From Lachnospiraceae bacterium (GTDB lineage: Bacteria > Bacillota > Clostridia > Lachnospirales > Lachnospiraceae), in contig JAZUDH010000092.1 of the NCBI GenBank assembly GCA_045639565.1, positions 29,466 through 93,465 on the forward strand: DNA of 64,000 nt, given 5' to 3'. This document shows, one piece after another, positions 6,957 to 16,517 of this stretch; within the stretch, counting starts at the first letter, position 1; every line of letters starts with the position of its first letter. The notes beneath the pieces were generated by a model. That model was not told the DNA's origin and searched no databases. It saw nothing but the letters and a program-made list of their open reading frames with translations. The position numbers were made by a program, and so were the translations under genes.

Positions 6957-8648
6957 ATGAAGAAAGTAATTCCTGTGCTAATCGCACTTATACTAATAGG
7001 AGTAATAGTATATGTTAGTTTTGGAAAGCAGGTTATTGATCATTTTTCGTATGGACATGATACTGCAGATTTAAATGACTATTTTGACATACACAATGAT
7101 AAAGAAATTCCAATCATTTTGGAAAATGTAAAAACAGGGACATCCGCAAGATATATAGATGGTGTTCCTTATCTTTCAAGAGAACTAGTAGAAGAATATC
7201 TTACCTCTAGATTCTACTATGATAATAACGAAGGATTAGTTTTATATACCACATCAACAGATATAATTAAAACCGAGATGGGATCGAACGTATTTGTCAA
7301 AAACGGCGAGGAACATACTATGAAATTCCCGCTTACAGTGGTTGAAAACGAAGTCCTTTATTTTGCGTTGGATTATTTAAAAGAGTTTGTGAGTTTTTCT
7401 TACACTCTATATTATGAGCCCAATAGAATGCAACTTTTTAACGTAGGAAATGCAGGAGAGATTGCTACTATAAAGGAAGATACTCAGGTAAGAAGCCTCG
7501 CAGGTATTAAAGCCCCCATCCTAAAAGAAGTTAAGGAAGGCGAAATTGTTGAAATACTTGACGAGCTTGACGAGTGGCAAAAAGTAAAGACTATCGACTG
7601 CTTTATAGGATATGTAGAAAAGAAGAAACTTACAGATTATGAAGATAGAGCAAAAATAGAGTTACCTACTGTTGAAACCGAGGAAGAAGTATCCTTAACA
7701 AGAAATCACAAGATTAATCTCACCTGGCATGATATGGAATATCCTCAGGACGGAGCAGACTTAAGAAAAATCCTTGCAAATACCAAGGAGCTAAATGTTG
7801 TTTCGCCAACATGGTTTTGGCTAACAGATAATAACGGAACATACAAGAGCGTGGCTAATGCTAACTATGTCAAAACCGCTCATGAAATGGGACTTGAAGT
7901 ATGGGCGCTGATTGCAAACTTCCACTATGGTACAGATGTTGATCTTACAGAGGTATTAAGTTATACAAGCAAAAGAACAGAACTTATTAACAATTTGGTG
8001 AATGAAGTGGTATCATATGGCGCAGATGGTATTAACGTTGACTTTGAAAGCGTTCCTAAGGCATGTGCGGATCATTATGTTCAATTTATTAGAGAACTTG
8101 GATTAAAATGCCATGAAAACAATCTTGTTCTTTCGGTTGATAACTATGTGCCTACAGAATATACAGCGCATTATAATAGGAAAGAACAGGCTTTGTTCGC
8201 TGATTATATAATAATAATGGGATATGATGAACATTATGTAGGTTCTGATGCAGGTTCCGTATCAAGTATTGACTGGATGACAACCGGTATAGAGAATACT
8301 TTAAAATATGTGCCGGCTGAAAAAGTGATTAATGCTATTCCATTCTACACAAGAGTATGGAAGACTAAGGATGGAAACACGACTAGTGAAGCTGTAGTAA
8401 TGGAAGTTGCTCAGAATTTTCTTGCAAGAAATAATCTTACTGCAACACTTGATCCTGCCACAGGACAAAACTATGCGGAAGCTACTTTTGATGGCACATA
8501 TTATCAGGTTTGGATGGAGGATGCATATTCTGTAGGAGTAAGACTTGGAGTTATCAACGCGCATAACTTAGCTGGAGTTGCTTCGTGGAAGGTTAGTCAG
8601 GAAACTCCAGACATTTGGGATATTATTGCTAACTATATGTTATACTAA
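6957..8648 (+). CDS. Membrane-anchored SH3-like plus glycoside hydrolase family 18 protein (YaaH/YdhD-like spore peptidoglycan hydrolase type)
   Basis: Start moved to MKKVIPVLIALILIGVIVYV (AGGAGG RBS, N-terminal TM helix). Has an SH3b-like 'EIVEILDELDEWQKVKTIDCFIGYVEKKKL' and a GH18 active-site-like 'GADGINVDFES'. Confidence 0.8.
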   Translation: MKKVIPVLIALILIGVIVYVSFGKQVIDHFSYGHDTADLNDYFDIHNDKEIPIILENVKTGTSARYIDGVPYLSRELVEEYLTSRFYYDNNEGLVLYTTSTDIIKTEMGSNVFVKNGEEHTMKFPLTVVENEVLYFALDYLKEFVSFSYTLYYEPNRMQLFNVGNAGEIATIKEDTQVRSLAGIKAPILKEVKEGEIVEILDELDEWQKVKTIDCFIGYVEKKKLTDYEDRAKIELPTVETEEEVSLTRNHKINLTWHDMEYPQDGADLRKILANTKELNVVSPTWFWLTDNNGTYKSVANANYVKTAHEMGLEVWALIANFHYGTDVDLTEVLSYTSKRTELINNLVNEVVSYGADGINVDFESVPKACADHYVQFIRELGLKCHENNLVLSVDNYVPTEYTAHYNRKEQALFADYIIIMGYDEHYVGSDAGSVSSIDWMTTGIENTLKYVPAEKVINAIPFYTRVWKTKDGNTTSEAVVMEVAQNFLARNNLTATLDPATGQNYAEATFDGTYYQVWMEDAYSVGVRLGVINAHNLAGVASWKVSQETPDIWDIIANYMLY

Positions 8649-8652
8649 CGAT

Positions 8653-9705
8653 ATGAACACAAAAATATATAAGTTAAATGAAAATGATATAGATGAAGAA
8701 GCTATTTCTTTGGCTGGTGAAGTATTGAAGCAGGGAGGACTTGTTGCTTTTCCTACGGAGACGGTTTATGGATTAGGTGGAGACGCGTTGAATCCTGATT
8801 CTAGTAGAAAAATATATGCAGCCAAGGGAAGACCCAGCGACAATCCATTGATTGTTCATATTACAAATATGGAAGCCTTGAATAAAATTGTAAGAGAAAT
8901 TCCGGATGAAGCCTACAAGCTTGCTAACGCATTCTGGCCAGGCCCTCTCACAATGATATTCAAGAAAGCAGATACTGTGCCTAGTGCTACAACCGGAGGC
9001 CTTGATACGGTCGCTGTAAGAATGCCATCTAACAAAATAGCAAGAGCGCTTATTGATGCTGCAGGAGGCTATGTCGCAGCTCCTAGTGCCAATCTTTCCG
9101 GAAGACCGAGTCCGACTGTAGCTAAATATGTTATAGAGGATATGGATGGTCGAATTGAGGTAATATTAGATGGTGGTGAAAGCTTTGTGGGACTGGAATC
9201 TACTATTATAGATTGTACAGAAGCAGAACCCACAATATTGAGACCTGGATATATTACCAAGGAAATGCTGGAAGAAGCACTTAAGTCTGAAGTGTTTTGG
9301 GATAGAGCGATAATTGATGCGGGCTGTAAACAGGCTCCAAAGGCACCAGGAATGAAATACAGACATTATGCTCCTAAGGGTCAGCTTACAATTGTCGAGG
9401 GAGAAAGCACCGAAGTTATAAAAAAAATTAACGAGCTTGCGAAAATTGATGTGTTAGCAGGCTTAAAAGTTGGTATAATAGCTACAGAAGAAACAAAGAA
9501 TCTCTATGAGTGTGACACAATAAAAAGTGTAGGCCATAAGAATGATGAGGCCGAAGCTGCACACCATCTCTTTAGAATTCTAAGAGAGTTTGATGATGAA
9601 AACGTTGAAAAGATGTATTCTGAATCGTTTTCAGGTGATGGAATAGGAGCTGCAGTAATGAATAGATTACTAAAGGCTGCTGGACATCAGATCATAGAGG
9701 TATGA
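8653..9705 (+). CDS. tsaC: L-threonylcarbamoyladenylate synthase (Sua5/YwlC/TsaC type, long form)
   Basis: 350 aa from MNTKIYKL. Has 'GGLVAFPTETVYGLGGDALN', 'KGRPSDNPLIVH', 'SANLSGRPSPT', plus a C-terminal Sua5 domain. Confidence 0.9.
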   Translation: MNTKIYKLNENDIDEEAISLAGEVLKQGGLVAFPTETVYGLGGDALNPDSSRKIYAAKGRPSDNPLIVHITNMEALNKIVREIPDEAYKLANAFWPGPLTMIFKKADTVPSATTGGLDTVAVRMPSNKIARALIDAAGGYVAAPSANLSGRPSPTVAKYVIEDMDGRIEVILDGGESFVGLESTIIDCTEAEPTILRPGYITKEMLEEALKSEVFWDRAIIDAGCKQAPKAPGMKYRHYAPKGQLTIVEGESTEVIKKINELAKIDVLAGLKVGIIATEETKNLYECDTIKSVGHKNDEAEAAHHLFRILREFDDENVEKMYSESFSGDGIGAAVMNRLLKAAGHQIIEV

Positions 9706-9721
9706 AAGGCGGTTATTAATT

Positions 9722-10150
9722 ATGATAGCAATTGGTAGCGATCATGGTGGTTATGACTTAAGAATGGAAGTCATAAAGCATCTTAATGAAAGAGGATTTG
9801 AAGTAAAGGATATGGGATGCCCTGACAAATCTTCTTGTGATTATCCTGTGTATGGTAAGAAGGTTGCTGAAGCAGTAGCGAGTGGAGAATGTGAGAAAGG
9901 TATTGTAATATGCACTACTGGAATCGGAATTTCAATTACTGCTAATAAAGTAAAGGGAATCAGATGCGCATTATGTGCAGATACATTATCAGCTTCACTT
10001 ACAAGACTTCATAATGATGCTAATGTCCTTGCTATTGGTGCTGGAATTGTAGGTCCTAATCTTGCAAAGAGCATTGTAGATACATTTTTAGACACAGAGT
10101 TCTCTGGTGACGAGCGTCATGCACGTAGAATTTCATTGATAGAACAATAA
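9722..10150 (+). CDS. rpiB: Ribose-5-phosphate isomerase B
   Basis: 142 aa. '[14 protein letters not shown]...[24 protein letters not shown]' matches the RpiB/LacAB family. Confidence 0.92.
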   Translation: MIAIGSDHGGYDLRMEVIKHLNERGFEVKDMGCPDKSSCDYPVYGKKVAEAVASGECEKGIVICTTGIGISITANKVKGIRCALCADTLSASLTRLHNDANVLAIGAGIVGPNLAKSIVDTFLDTEFSGDERHARRISLIEQ

Positions 10151-10169
10151 TTTTAGAGGGAGAAAAATT

Positions 10170-10799
10170 ATGGCAAAAGTAGTAGTTATGGATCATCCTT
10201 TGATTCAGCACAAGATTGGTTTTATTCGTAGAAAAGAAACAGGTACAAAGGACTTTAGACAGACAATTTCAGAAATAGCTGAACTTATCTGCTATGAAGC
10301 AACCAGAGATCTTGAGTTAAGAGACGAAGAGATTGAAACTCCTATCTGCAAGACAACTGTGAAGCAGCTTGCTGGTAAGAAACTTGCAATCATTCCTATT
10401 TTAAGAGCTGGTTTGGGCATGGTTGATGGTGTGTTAGAGCTTATCCCTACAGCTAAGGTAGGCCATATTGGCTTATACCGTGATCCTGATACTCATGAAC
10501 CTGTTGAATATTATTGCAAGCTTCCTGCTGATTGTGCAGAAAGAGAAGTTTTTGTGGTTGATCCTATGCTTGCTACAGGAGGATCTTCGGTTGCAGCTAT
10601 ACAGATGCTTAAAGACAAGGGATGTAAGAAGATTCATTTCATGTGCATTATTGCAGCACCTGAAGGTGTTGAAAAGATGAAGACAGCACATCCTGATGTA
10701 GATATGTACATTGGAGCTCTTGATGATCATCTTAATGAGCACGCGTATATCGTTCCTGGCCTTGGAGACGCTGGAGACCGTATTTTCGGAACAAAATAG
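10170..10799 (+). CDS. upp: Uracil phosphoribosyltransferase
   Basis: 209 aa. Has '[10 protein letters not shown]', the '[10 protein letters not shown]' PRPP loop, and '[17 protein letters not shown]' at the C-terminus. Confidence 0.95.
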   Translation: MAKVVVMDHPLIQHKIGFIRRKETGTKDFRQTISEIAELICYEATRDLELRDEEIETPICKTTVKQLAGKKLAIIPILRAGLGMVDGVLELIPTAKVGHIGLYRDPDTHEPVEYYCKLPADCAEREVFVVDPMLATGGSSVAAIQMLKDKGCKKIHFMCIIAAPEGVEKMKTAHPDVDMYIGALDDHLNEHAYIVPGLGDAGDRIFGTK

Positions 10800-10814
10800 T
10801 AATTTTATTGTTGA

Positions 10815-10848
10815 AAGGCCGGGTGATTATTCACTTCGGCCTTTTAGT
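10815..10848 (+). terminator. Intrinsic terminator after upp
   Basis: aaaggccg-ggtgattattcactt-cggcctttt hairpin. Confidence 0.55.
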
Positions 10849-10870
10849 CATATATTAGGGGAGGTTACTA

Positions 10871-11350
10871 ATGAAACGAAACAATTACATTTCGTGGGAC
10901 GAATACTTTATGGGAGTTTCGATGTTGTCAGGAATGAGATCCAAAGATCCCAATACTCAGGTAGGAGCATGTATCGTTAGCAATGATAACAAAATTTTGT
11001 CTATGGGATATAACGGATTTCCTAGAAACTGTTCTGATGATGAATTTCCATGGGAAAGAGAAGGCGATGCCCTTGATACAAAATATGCGTATGTTACGCA
11101 TAGCGAATTGAATGCTATTTTAAATTATCGTGGGGGTAGCTTAGAAGGGGCTAAAATATACGTTTCGCTTTTCCCGTGCAATGAATGTGCCAAGGCAATT
11201 ATTCAGTGTGGAATAAAGACTATAGTCTATAAAGAAGATAAATATGCTGATACTCCATCAGTTCGAGCCTCTAAGAGAATGCTTGACGCAGCAGGAGTAA
11301 GATACTATCAGTATGATAGTACAGGGCGCAAGGTTGATTTAGAGTTATAA
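10871..11350 (+). CDS. comEB: dCMP deaminase (ComEB-type cytidine/deoxycytidylate deaminase)
   Basis: 159 aa, with the zinc motifs 'HSELNA' and 'PCNECA'. Confidence 0.9.
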   Translation: MKRNNYISWDEYFMGVSMLSGMRSKDPNTQVGACIVSNDNKILSMGYNGFPRNCSDDEFPWEREGDALDTKYAYVTHSELNAILNYRGGSLEGAKIYVSLFPCNECAKAIIQCGIKTIVYKEDKYADTPSVRASKRMLDAAGVRYYQYDSTGRKVDLEL

Positions 11351-11361
11351 AGGGGTGTTTT

Positions 11362-12522
11362 GTGAAGAAGCTTGTCCATCGAGTCTTGGCACTTCTTGTA
11401 GCGCTTAGCATATCTTTAACGGTTGTTCCTATGACAACATGGGCTTCTCAGGAAACTAGAGACAAGGTTAATGAAGCACAAAAGGAAAAGGACGCTGCTG
11501 AAAAAGATGTAAAGGATGCTAAGAAAGAAGTTAACTCACTTACGGAGAAAAAGAAGAATCTTCAAAAAGAGTTAGATGCTCTCGCAGAAGAACTTCAAAG
11601 GATAACAGACCATATAAATGATCTTGAAAGCCAGATTAAAGATAAAGAAGAGGAAATCCGTATTACAGAGGGTGAACTTCAGGATGCCAAGGATACAGAA
11701 GCTAATCAGTATGCTTCTATGAAAAAAAGAATACAGTACATGTATGAAAAAAGTGACAGTCTTTATGTTGAAATATTGTTTTCGGCTAAGTCTTTTAAGG
11801 ATTTTCTAATACTCAATCAGTATGTGAATAAGCTTGCTGCATATGACAGAAAGAAGCTGACAGAGTATACGCAAATAAGACATTCAATTGAAGATCTTGA
11901 GGCTAAACTTTGCAGTGAGAAGGCAGAGCTAGACGGACTAAAGGCTGAAGCTTTAGTTGAGCAAGACAACATTACTACTGTAATAAATAATACGACCACA
12001 AAGGTTGCAGAGTATAAGGAGCTAATTGATGATGCTGAGGAAGAGCTATTAAAGAAAGAAGCAGATCTTCAGCAAAAGAAAAATGATTTGGCTACTTTGA
12101 AGCAGCAATTAGCAGAAGAAATCAGAATGTCACAGCTTGCAGCACAATCTGCATGGCGAGATATTTCGCAGGTTCAATTTGCAGAAAGCGACAGATATTC
12201 GCTGGCAGTTTTAATATACTGTGAGGCGGGTGGTGAACCATATGAAGGTCAGGTTGCTGTAGGGGCTGTAGTAATCAATCGAGTATTAAGTTCGGTATAT
12301 CCAGATACTGTTATGGGAGTTATACGACAAAATTGGCAATTTTCTCCTGTCGCCAGCGGAAGATTTGATAAATATTTAGCTATAGGAAAGACGACACAAA
12401 GTTGCTATAATGCTGCAGATGCGGCTATGAGTGGAGTAACAAATGTTGGGAACTGTCTGCACTTTAGAACACCTATTCCTGGACTGACAGGTATTCAGAT
12501 AGGTGGACATATATTTTATTAA
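11362..12522 (+). CDS. Secreted coiled-coil protein with a C-terminal SleB-type (Hydrolase_2) cell-wall hydrolase domain
   Basis: GTG start and a signal peptide 'LVALSISLTVVPMTTWA'. About 250 aa of heptad-rich K/E sequence follow, then 'LAVLIYCEAGGEPYEGQVAVGAVVINRV...QFSP...HFRT', typical of the SleB/CwlJ family. Confidence 0.8.
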   Translation: MKKLVHRVLALLVALSISLTVVPMTTWASQETRDKVNEAQKEKDAAEKDVKDAKKEVNSLTEKKKNLQKELDALAEELQRITDHINDLESQIKDKEEEIRITEGELQDAKDTEANQYASMKKRIQYMYEKSDSLYVEILFSAKSFKDFLILNQYVNKLAAYDRKKLTEYTQIRHSIEDLEAKLCSEKAELDGLKAEALVEQDNITTVINNTTTKVAEYKELIDDAEEELLKKEADLQQKKNDLATLKQQLAEEIRMSQLAAQSAWRDISQVQFAESDRYSLAVLIYCEAGGEPYEGQVAVGAVVINRVLSSVYPDTVMGVIRQNWQFSPVASGRFDKYLAIGKTTQSCYNAADAAMSGVTNVGNCLHFRTPIPGLTGIQIGGHIFY

Positions 12523-12688
12523 CGGGCAATTAAATCTATGAAATAAAACTTGCAAAGATGTAATAGTACGCAAGAAAAGAATCATAAATAAGAAAAGGAT
12601 AATTAACGGATTATTAAAAACAGATAACTTGTATAATAATTCGTTAATTGTGTTTAAGACACACGCAATTCAACTAAGGATCGGCATA

Positions 12689-13861
12689 ATGAACTACTTA
12701 CAACTAATTGATCAATGTTTGCAGGACAAATTAATAAGAATTGTTCTTTCTAAACCAGTAAAAGCAAATGAAATATCGCAGATTAAGATTAGACCTGTAT
12801 TGGTAAAAGATAAAATGTTGTATCAGATTACTAGAGTTACAGGATCAAAAAAAACAAATACATTCAGAGAGATTCATGAGAATAAAAATGCCAGAGAGAT
12901 AAAAGAAGAACTAGGCTCGCTTATTCCAACTCTTTTCCTGCAAGGCTTGTTCGAATGTGAAGGATATGGATATACAGTTTTAGCTAATAAAAAAGGAACC
13001 ATCACTGTTGTAAAAAATAAAGCTGTGACTGGAAAACTAGAATCTATGGACCATAATAGATCTAAGAACTACCTTATTCCTGAAGGCACAGCTGCTCCTT
13101 TTATGGTAGACCTTGGTGTTATGACTAGTGATGGAAGAGTTGTCAAAGCTAAATATGATAAGTTTAGACAGATAAACAGATACTTAGAATTTGTTGATGA
13201 TGTGTATGATAGCTTTGACAAAGACAGAGAAATTACAATTATCGATTTCGGATGTGGAAAGTCTTACCTGACATTCGCTCTTTATTATTATCTTGTGGAA
13301 TTAAAAAAGCTGAACGCTCATATTATAGGTTTGGATTTGAAGCCTGATGTAATCAGTACTTGTACAAAATTAAAAAATAAATATAAATATGACAAGCTTG
13401 AATTCGTTCAAGGTGACATTGAACATTTTGATAAGGTTAAGCAGGTTGATATGGTTATTACATTACATGCCTGCGATACAGCAACTGATTATGCAATATA
13501 TAAAGCAATCAAGTGGGGCGCTAGGGTTGTTATGGCGGTTCCATGCTGTCAGCATGAGCTAAATAAGAAAATAGATGCGCCAGACCTTTATGGCGCGACT
13601 CAGTACGGGATACTAAAGGAACGTTTGAGTGCTATATTTACAGATGCGATTCGAGCTAACACTTTATCCGAAGCAGGATACGATACACAGATTTTAGAGT
13701 TTATAGATATGGATCATACTCCCAAGAACTTGCTAATCCGAGCTGTGAAGAGCAATAAAATAAAAGGTAATTTTGCAAAACTTAAGCAGAACAATAAGCT
13801 TAATGAAGTTGTAGGTAGCAAGATTACTTTACAGAATTTAATGCAGGATATAGATAACTGA
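12689..13861 (+). CDS. Class I SAM-dependent methyltransferase (Methyltransf_32 / METTL25-like)
   Basis: Start moved to MNYLQLIDQ. Has SAM motif I 'IIDFGCGKSYL' and 'ITLHACDTATDYAIYKAIKWGARVVMAVPCCQHEL'. Confidence 0.75.
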   Translation: MNYLQLIDQCLQDKLIRIVLSKPVKANEISQIKIRPVLVKDKMLYQITRVTGSKKTNTFREIHENKNAREIKEELGSLIPTLFLQGLFECEGYGYTVLANKKGTITVVKNKAVTGKLESMDHNRSKNYLIPEGTAAPFMVDLGVMTSDGRVVKAKYDKFRQINRYLEFVDDVYDSFDKDREITIIDFGCGKSYLTFALYYYLVELKKLNAHIIGLDLKPDVISTCTKLKNKYKYDKLEFVQGDIEHFDKVKQVDMVITLHACDTATDYAIYKAIKWGARVVMAVPCCQHELNKKIDAPDLYGATQYGILKERLSAIFTDAIRANTLSEAGYDTQILEFIDMDHTPKNLLIRAVKSNKIKGNFAKLKQNNKLNEVVGSKITLQNLMQDIDN

Positions 13862-16398
13862 TGAAACGTTTAATTTTGAAAATACTGGTATCAATAATTG
13901 CTTTTGCCGCTACCTTGGTGATTTTTGACAAGGTAATGAATAGAGGCAATACGAATACCACAAGAGATATGGAGCGTGCTACGCTTCCTGTTGTTTATAT
14001 GAATATTGGTGGAACATATGTGAATGAGCTTTGCGGCTATACATCTAATATGGATGAGGCGCTTCTTCGTGAAAACATTACTCCGCTGGATGAAAATAGA
14101 AGAGTAAGCTTTAGAATTGTGAAGTTTGGTCAGTTAATTAGTAAGGTCAACGCCAAAGTTCGTTCATTAGATGGCTCTAGACTTATTGAAACAATTGAAG
14201 TAACAGATTTCACAGAAGATGACTATTCGATATCATCCTCAATTGCACTAAAGGATTTGCTAGAAGAGGATAAAGAATACAATCTTGAAATCAATATAAC
14301 ATTGTCTGACAATACTTTGGCTATGTACCATACAAGGATAATTAAGTCAGATTCGTTGTGTGTAAAGGAAAAGCTTGGATTTGTAGAAAGTTTTTTAGAG
14401 AAAGAAACATCTGAAGAAACAAATGTTGAATTGAAAAAATATATGGAGTCAAACTATTTAGGGGATAACACTACTCTTGCAACGGTAGGAATACATAGCT
14501 CCATGAAGCAACTTGCATATGCAGATCTTCAAATCAAAATGATTAGTGAACCAAGCATTGCAATCAAAGAAATCGCCCCTGAGACTGCAGTAATTGTAGC
14601 TAATTACCTGGTTGAAACTCAGAATAATCAAAAGAATGAAAAACATTACGTAGAAGAATATTTTAGAATTAAATATTCTAATGAAACAACTTATCTATTA
14701 GATTACAAAAGAACAATGGACAAGCTCCCTGATGAAGAAACGGATTTAGTGGAAGTAACTAGGATATACTTAGGTATTACTAATGAAGATAAGATTTTGC
14801 TTGAAGAGAGTGATGATGCTAACATGCTGGCTCTTTCTGTTGGTAACAAGCTTTTTTCATATAATATTAGTCAAGGAAGACTCGTTAGGCTCTTTTCTTT
14901 CTATGACAAAGATAACTTCGATACTAGAACCTACAGAAACAGTCATACAATTAAACCGCTAAATATTGATGAGGCAGGAAATGCATGGTTCGTAGTATAT
15001 GGATATATGAATAGAGGAACTTATGAAGGTCGTGTAGGGCTTACACTCTATTATTACAATGCAATTACCGGAGTAGTAGAGGAGCAATTCTTTGTAGGAA
15101 GCGATAAAACACATGAGATGGTTGAAAGAGATTTAAATGAACTATCATATATAAGCCGAGATGGAATATTTTATTTCATGTTGGATAATAATATATATGC
15201 AATTAATACAGAGACTAAGAATGTTGAGCTTTTAGTAAAGGATTTGGAAGAAAACAGTTATACTGTATCATGGAATTCATCAATGATGGTCTGGATAGAT
15301 GGAAATGATGTTAATTCAACCGAGAGTCTTAATATTATGAATCTGAATACAAAACAGATTAATGTTGTTTCAGCTCCTGCTGGTCAGCTTATTAAGCCGC
15401 TTTCTTTTATGGGTGAAGATTTTGTATATGGATTAGCATATAAAGATGACGTGCTTAAAGACGAAACTGGGCGTGTAACATTCCCTATGTATGTTGTCAG
15501 AATTGAAAACAAATATGGTGAGGTTCTAAAGGAATATGCGGTAGATGATACATATGTTTCGGCTGTTGAATGCGAAGGTAATCTACTTACTTTGTCTAGA
15601 GTAAAGAAAGCTTCTTCTGACAATTTGAAATATATTAATGTAGAAAATGATTATATTACAAATAATCAAAATGTATATGAACTGGAAAATTCGATTTCAG
15701 AAACTACAGTGAACCCGTATGAAAAGGTACATTATATAGGTTTCAAAAAAGGCCTTAAAAACAAAGTTGTGCTGGTTAAGCCACAAGAAGTAATCTATGA
15801 AGGCAATAATGAAATAGTTCTAGAAAAAACAGATACTGATTTAAAATATTACTACACGTATTATGAGGGAAAACTTCAGGGAATATATACGAATCCAGCT
15901 AATGCAGTTAATAGTGCTAACAAAAACTATGGAACAGTAGTCAATGAAACTGGAAATTATGTATGGTATAGAGCCAATCGAAGTCTAAGAAATCAGATCA
16001 TGGACCTTACAAAGGAAAAAGATAAATCTGATGAACCTGTATCGCCATTAGTGTTCTGCCTAGATAATATCATGGAGTATAAAGGAGTGGTAAGAAGCTC
16101 TGAGTATATGATAAATAGAGGTGAAACCGTATTATCGATATTAAACGATGCACTAACTGATTGCGATGTAATTGATTTGACAGGATGCGAACTGGATTCG
16201 ATGCTTTATTATATAAATAAAGATGTTCCGGTATTAGCACTTATGAATGATGGAAGCGCGTATATGTTAATCGGATACAACTCTCTTAGCCTGGTTGTGT
16301 GCGAACCTAAAAAAGGTAGTTATAAGATTGGTATAAATGAAGCTGCTAAAATGTTTGAAGAAAGTGGTAATAAGTTTATAACTTACATTGAAAAATAG
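13861..16398 (+). CDS. Large membrane-anchored protein of unknown function (845 aa)
   Basis: Its ATG overlaps the methyltransferase stop (cTGATGa). One N-terminal TM helix, 'ILVSIIAFAATLVIF'. I recognise no family motif. Confidence 0.7.
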   Translation: MKRLILKILVSIIAFAATLVIFDKVMNRGNTNTTRDMERATLPVVYMNIGGTYVNELCGYTSNMDEALLRENITPLDENRRVSFRIVKFGQLISKVNAKVRSLDGSRLIETIEVTDFTEDDYSISSSIALKDLLEEDKEYNLEINITLSDNTLAMYHTRIIKSDSLCVKEKLGFVESFLEKETSEETNVELKKYMESNYLGDNTTLATVGIHSSMKQLAYADLQIKMISEPSIAIKEIAPETAVIVANYLVETQNNQKNEKHYVEEYFRIKYSNETTYLLDYKRTMDKLPDEETDLVEVTRIYLGITNEDKILLEESDDANMLALSVGNKLFSYNISQGRLVRLFSFYDKDNFDTRTYRNSHTIKPLNIDEAGNAWFVVYGYMNRGTYEGRVGLTLYYYNAITGVVEEQFFVGSDKTHEMVERDLNELSYISRDGIFYFMLDNNIYAINTETKNVELLVKDLEENSYTVSWNSSMMVWIDGNDVNSTESLNIMNLNTKQINVVSAPAGQLIKPLSFMGEDFVYGLAYKDDVLKDETGRVTFPMYVVRIENKYGEVLKEYAVDDTYVSAVECEGNLLTLSRVKKASSDNLKYINVENDYITNNQNVYELENSISETTVNPYEKVHYIGFKKGLKNKVVLVKPQEVIYEGNNEIVLEKTDTDLKYYYTYYEGKLQGIYTNPANAVNSANKNYGTVVNETGNYVWYRANRSLRNQIMDLTKEKDKSDEPVSPLVFCLDNIMEYKGVVRSSEYMINRGETVLSILNDALTDCDVIDLTGCELDSMLYYINKDVPVLALMNDGSAYMLIGYNSLSLVVCEPKKGSYKIGINEAAKMFEESGNKFITYIEK

Positions 16399-16474
16399 GT
16401 GAATATATATTTTGAGGTATAAGTGTTTGCTATCACTTAAAGAAAAAGCAAGAATTAAACGAAAGAATTGTATT

Positions 16475-16508
16475 AAAAAACCTTGGTTCAAGTGAACCAA
16501 GGTTTTTG
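16475..16508. terminator. Bidirectional intrinsic terminator between convergent genes
   Basis: aaaaa-ccttggttc-aagt-gaaccaagg-ttttt. Confidence 0.75.
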
Positions 16509-16517
16509 CTTCATTAA

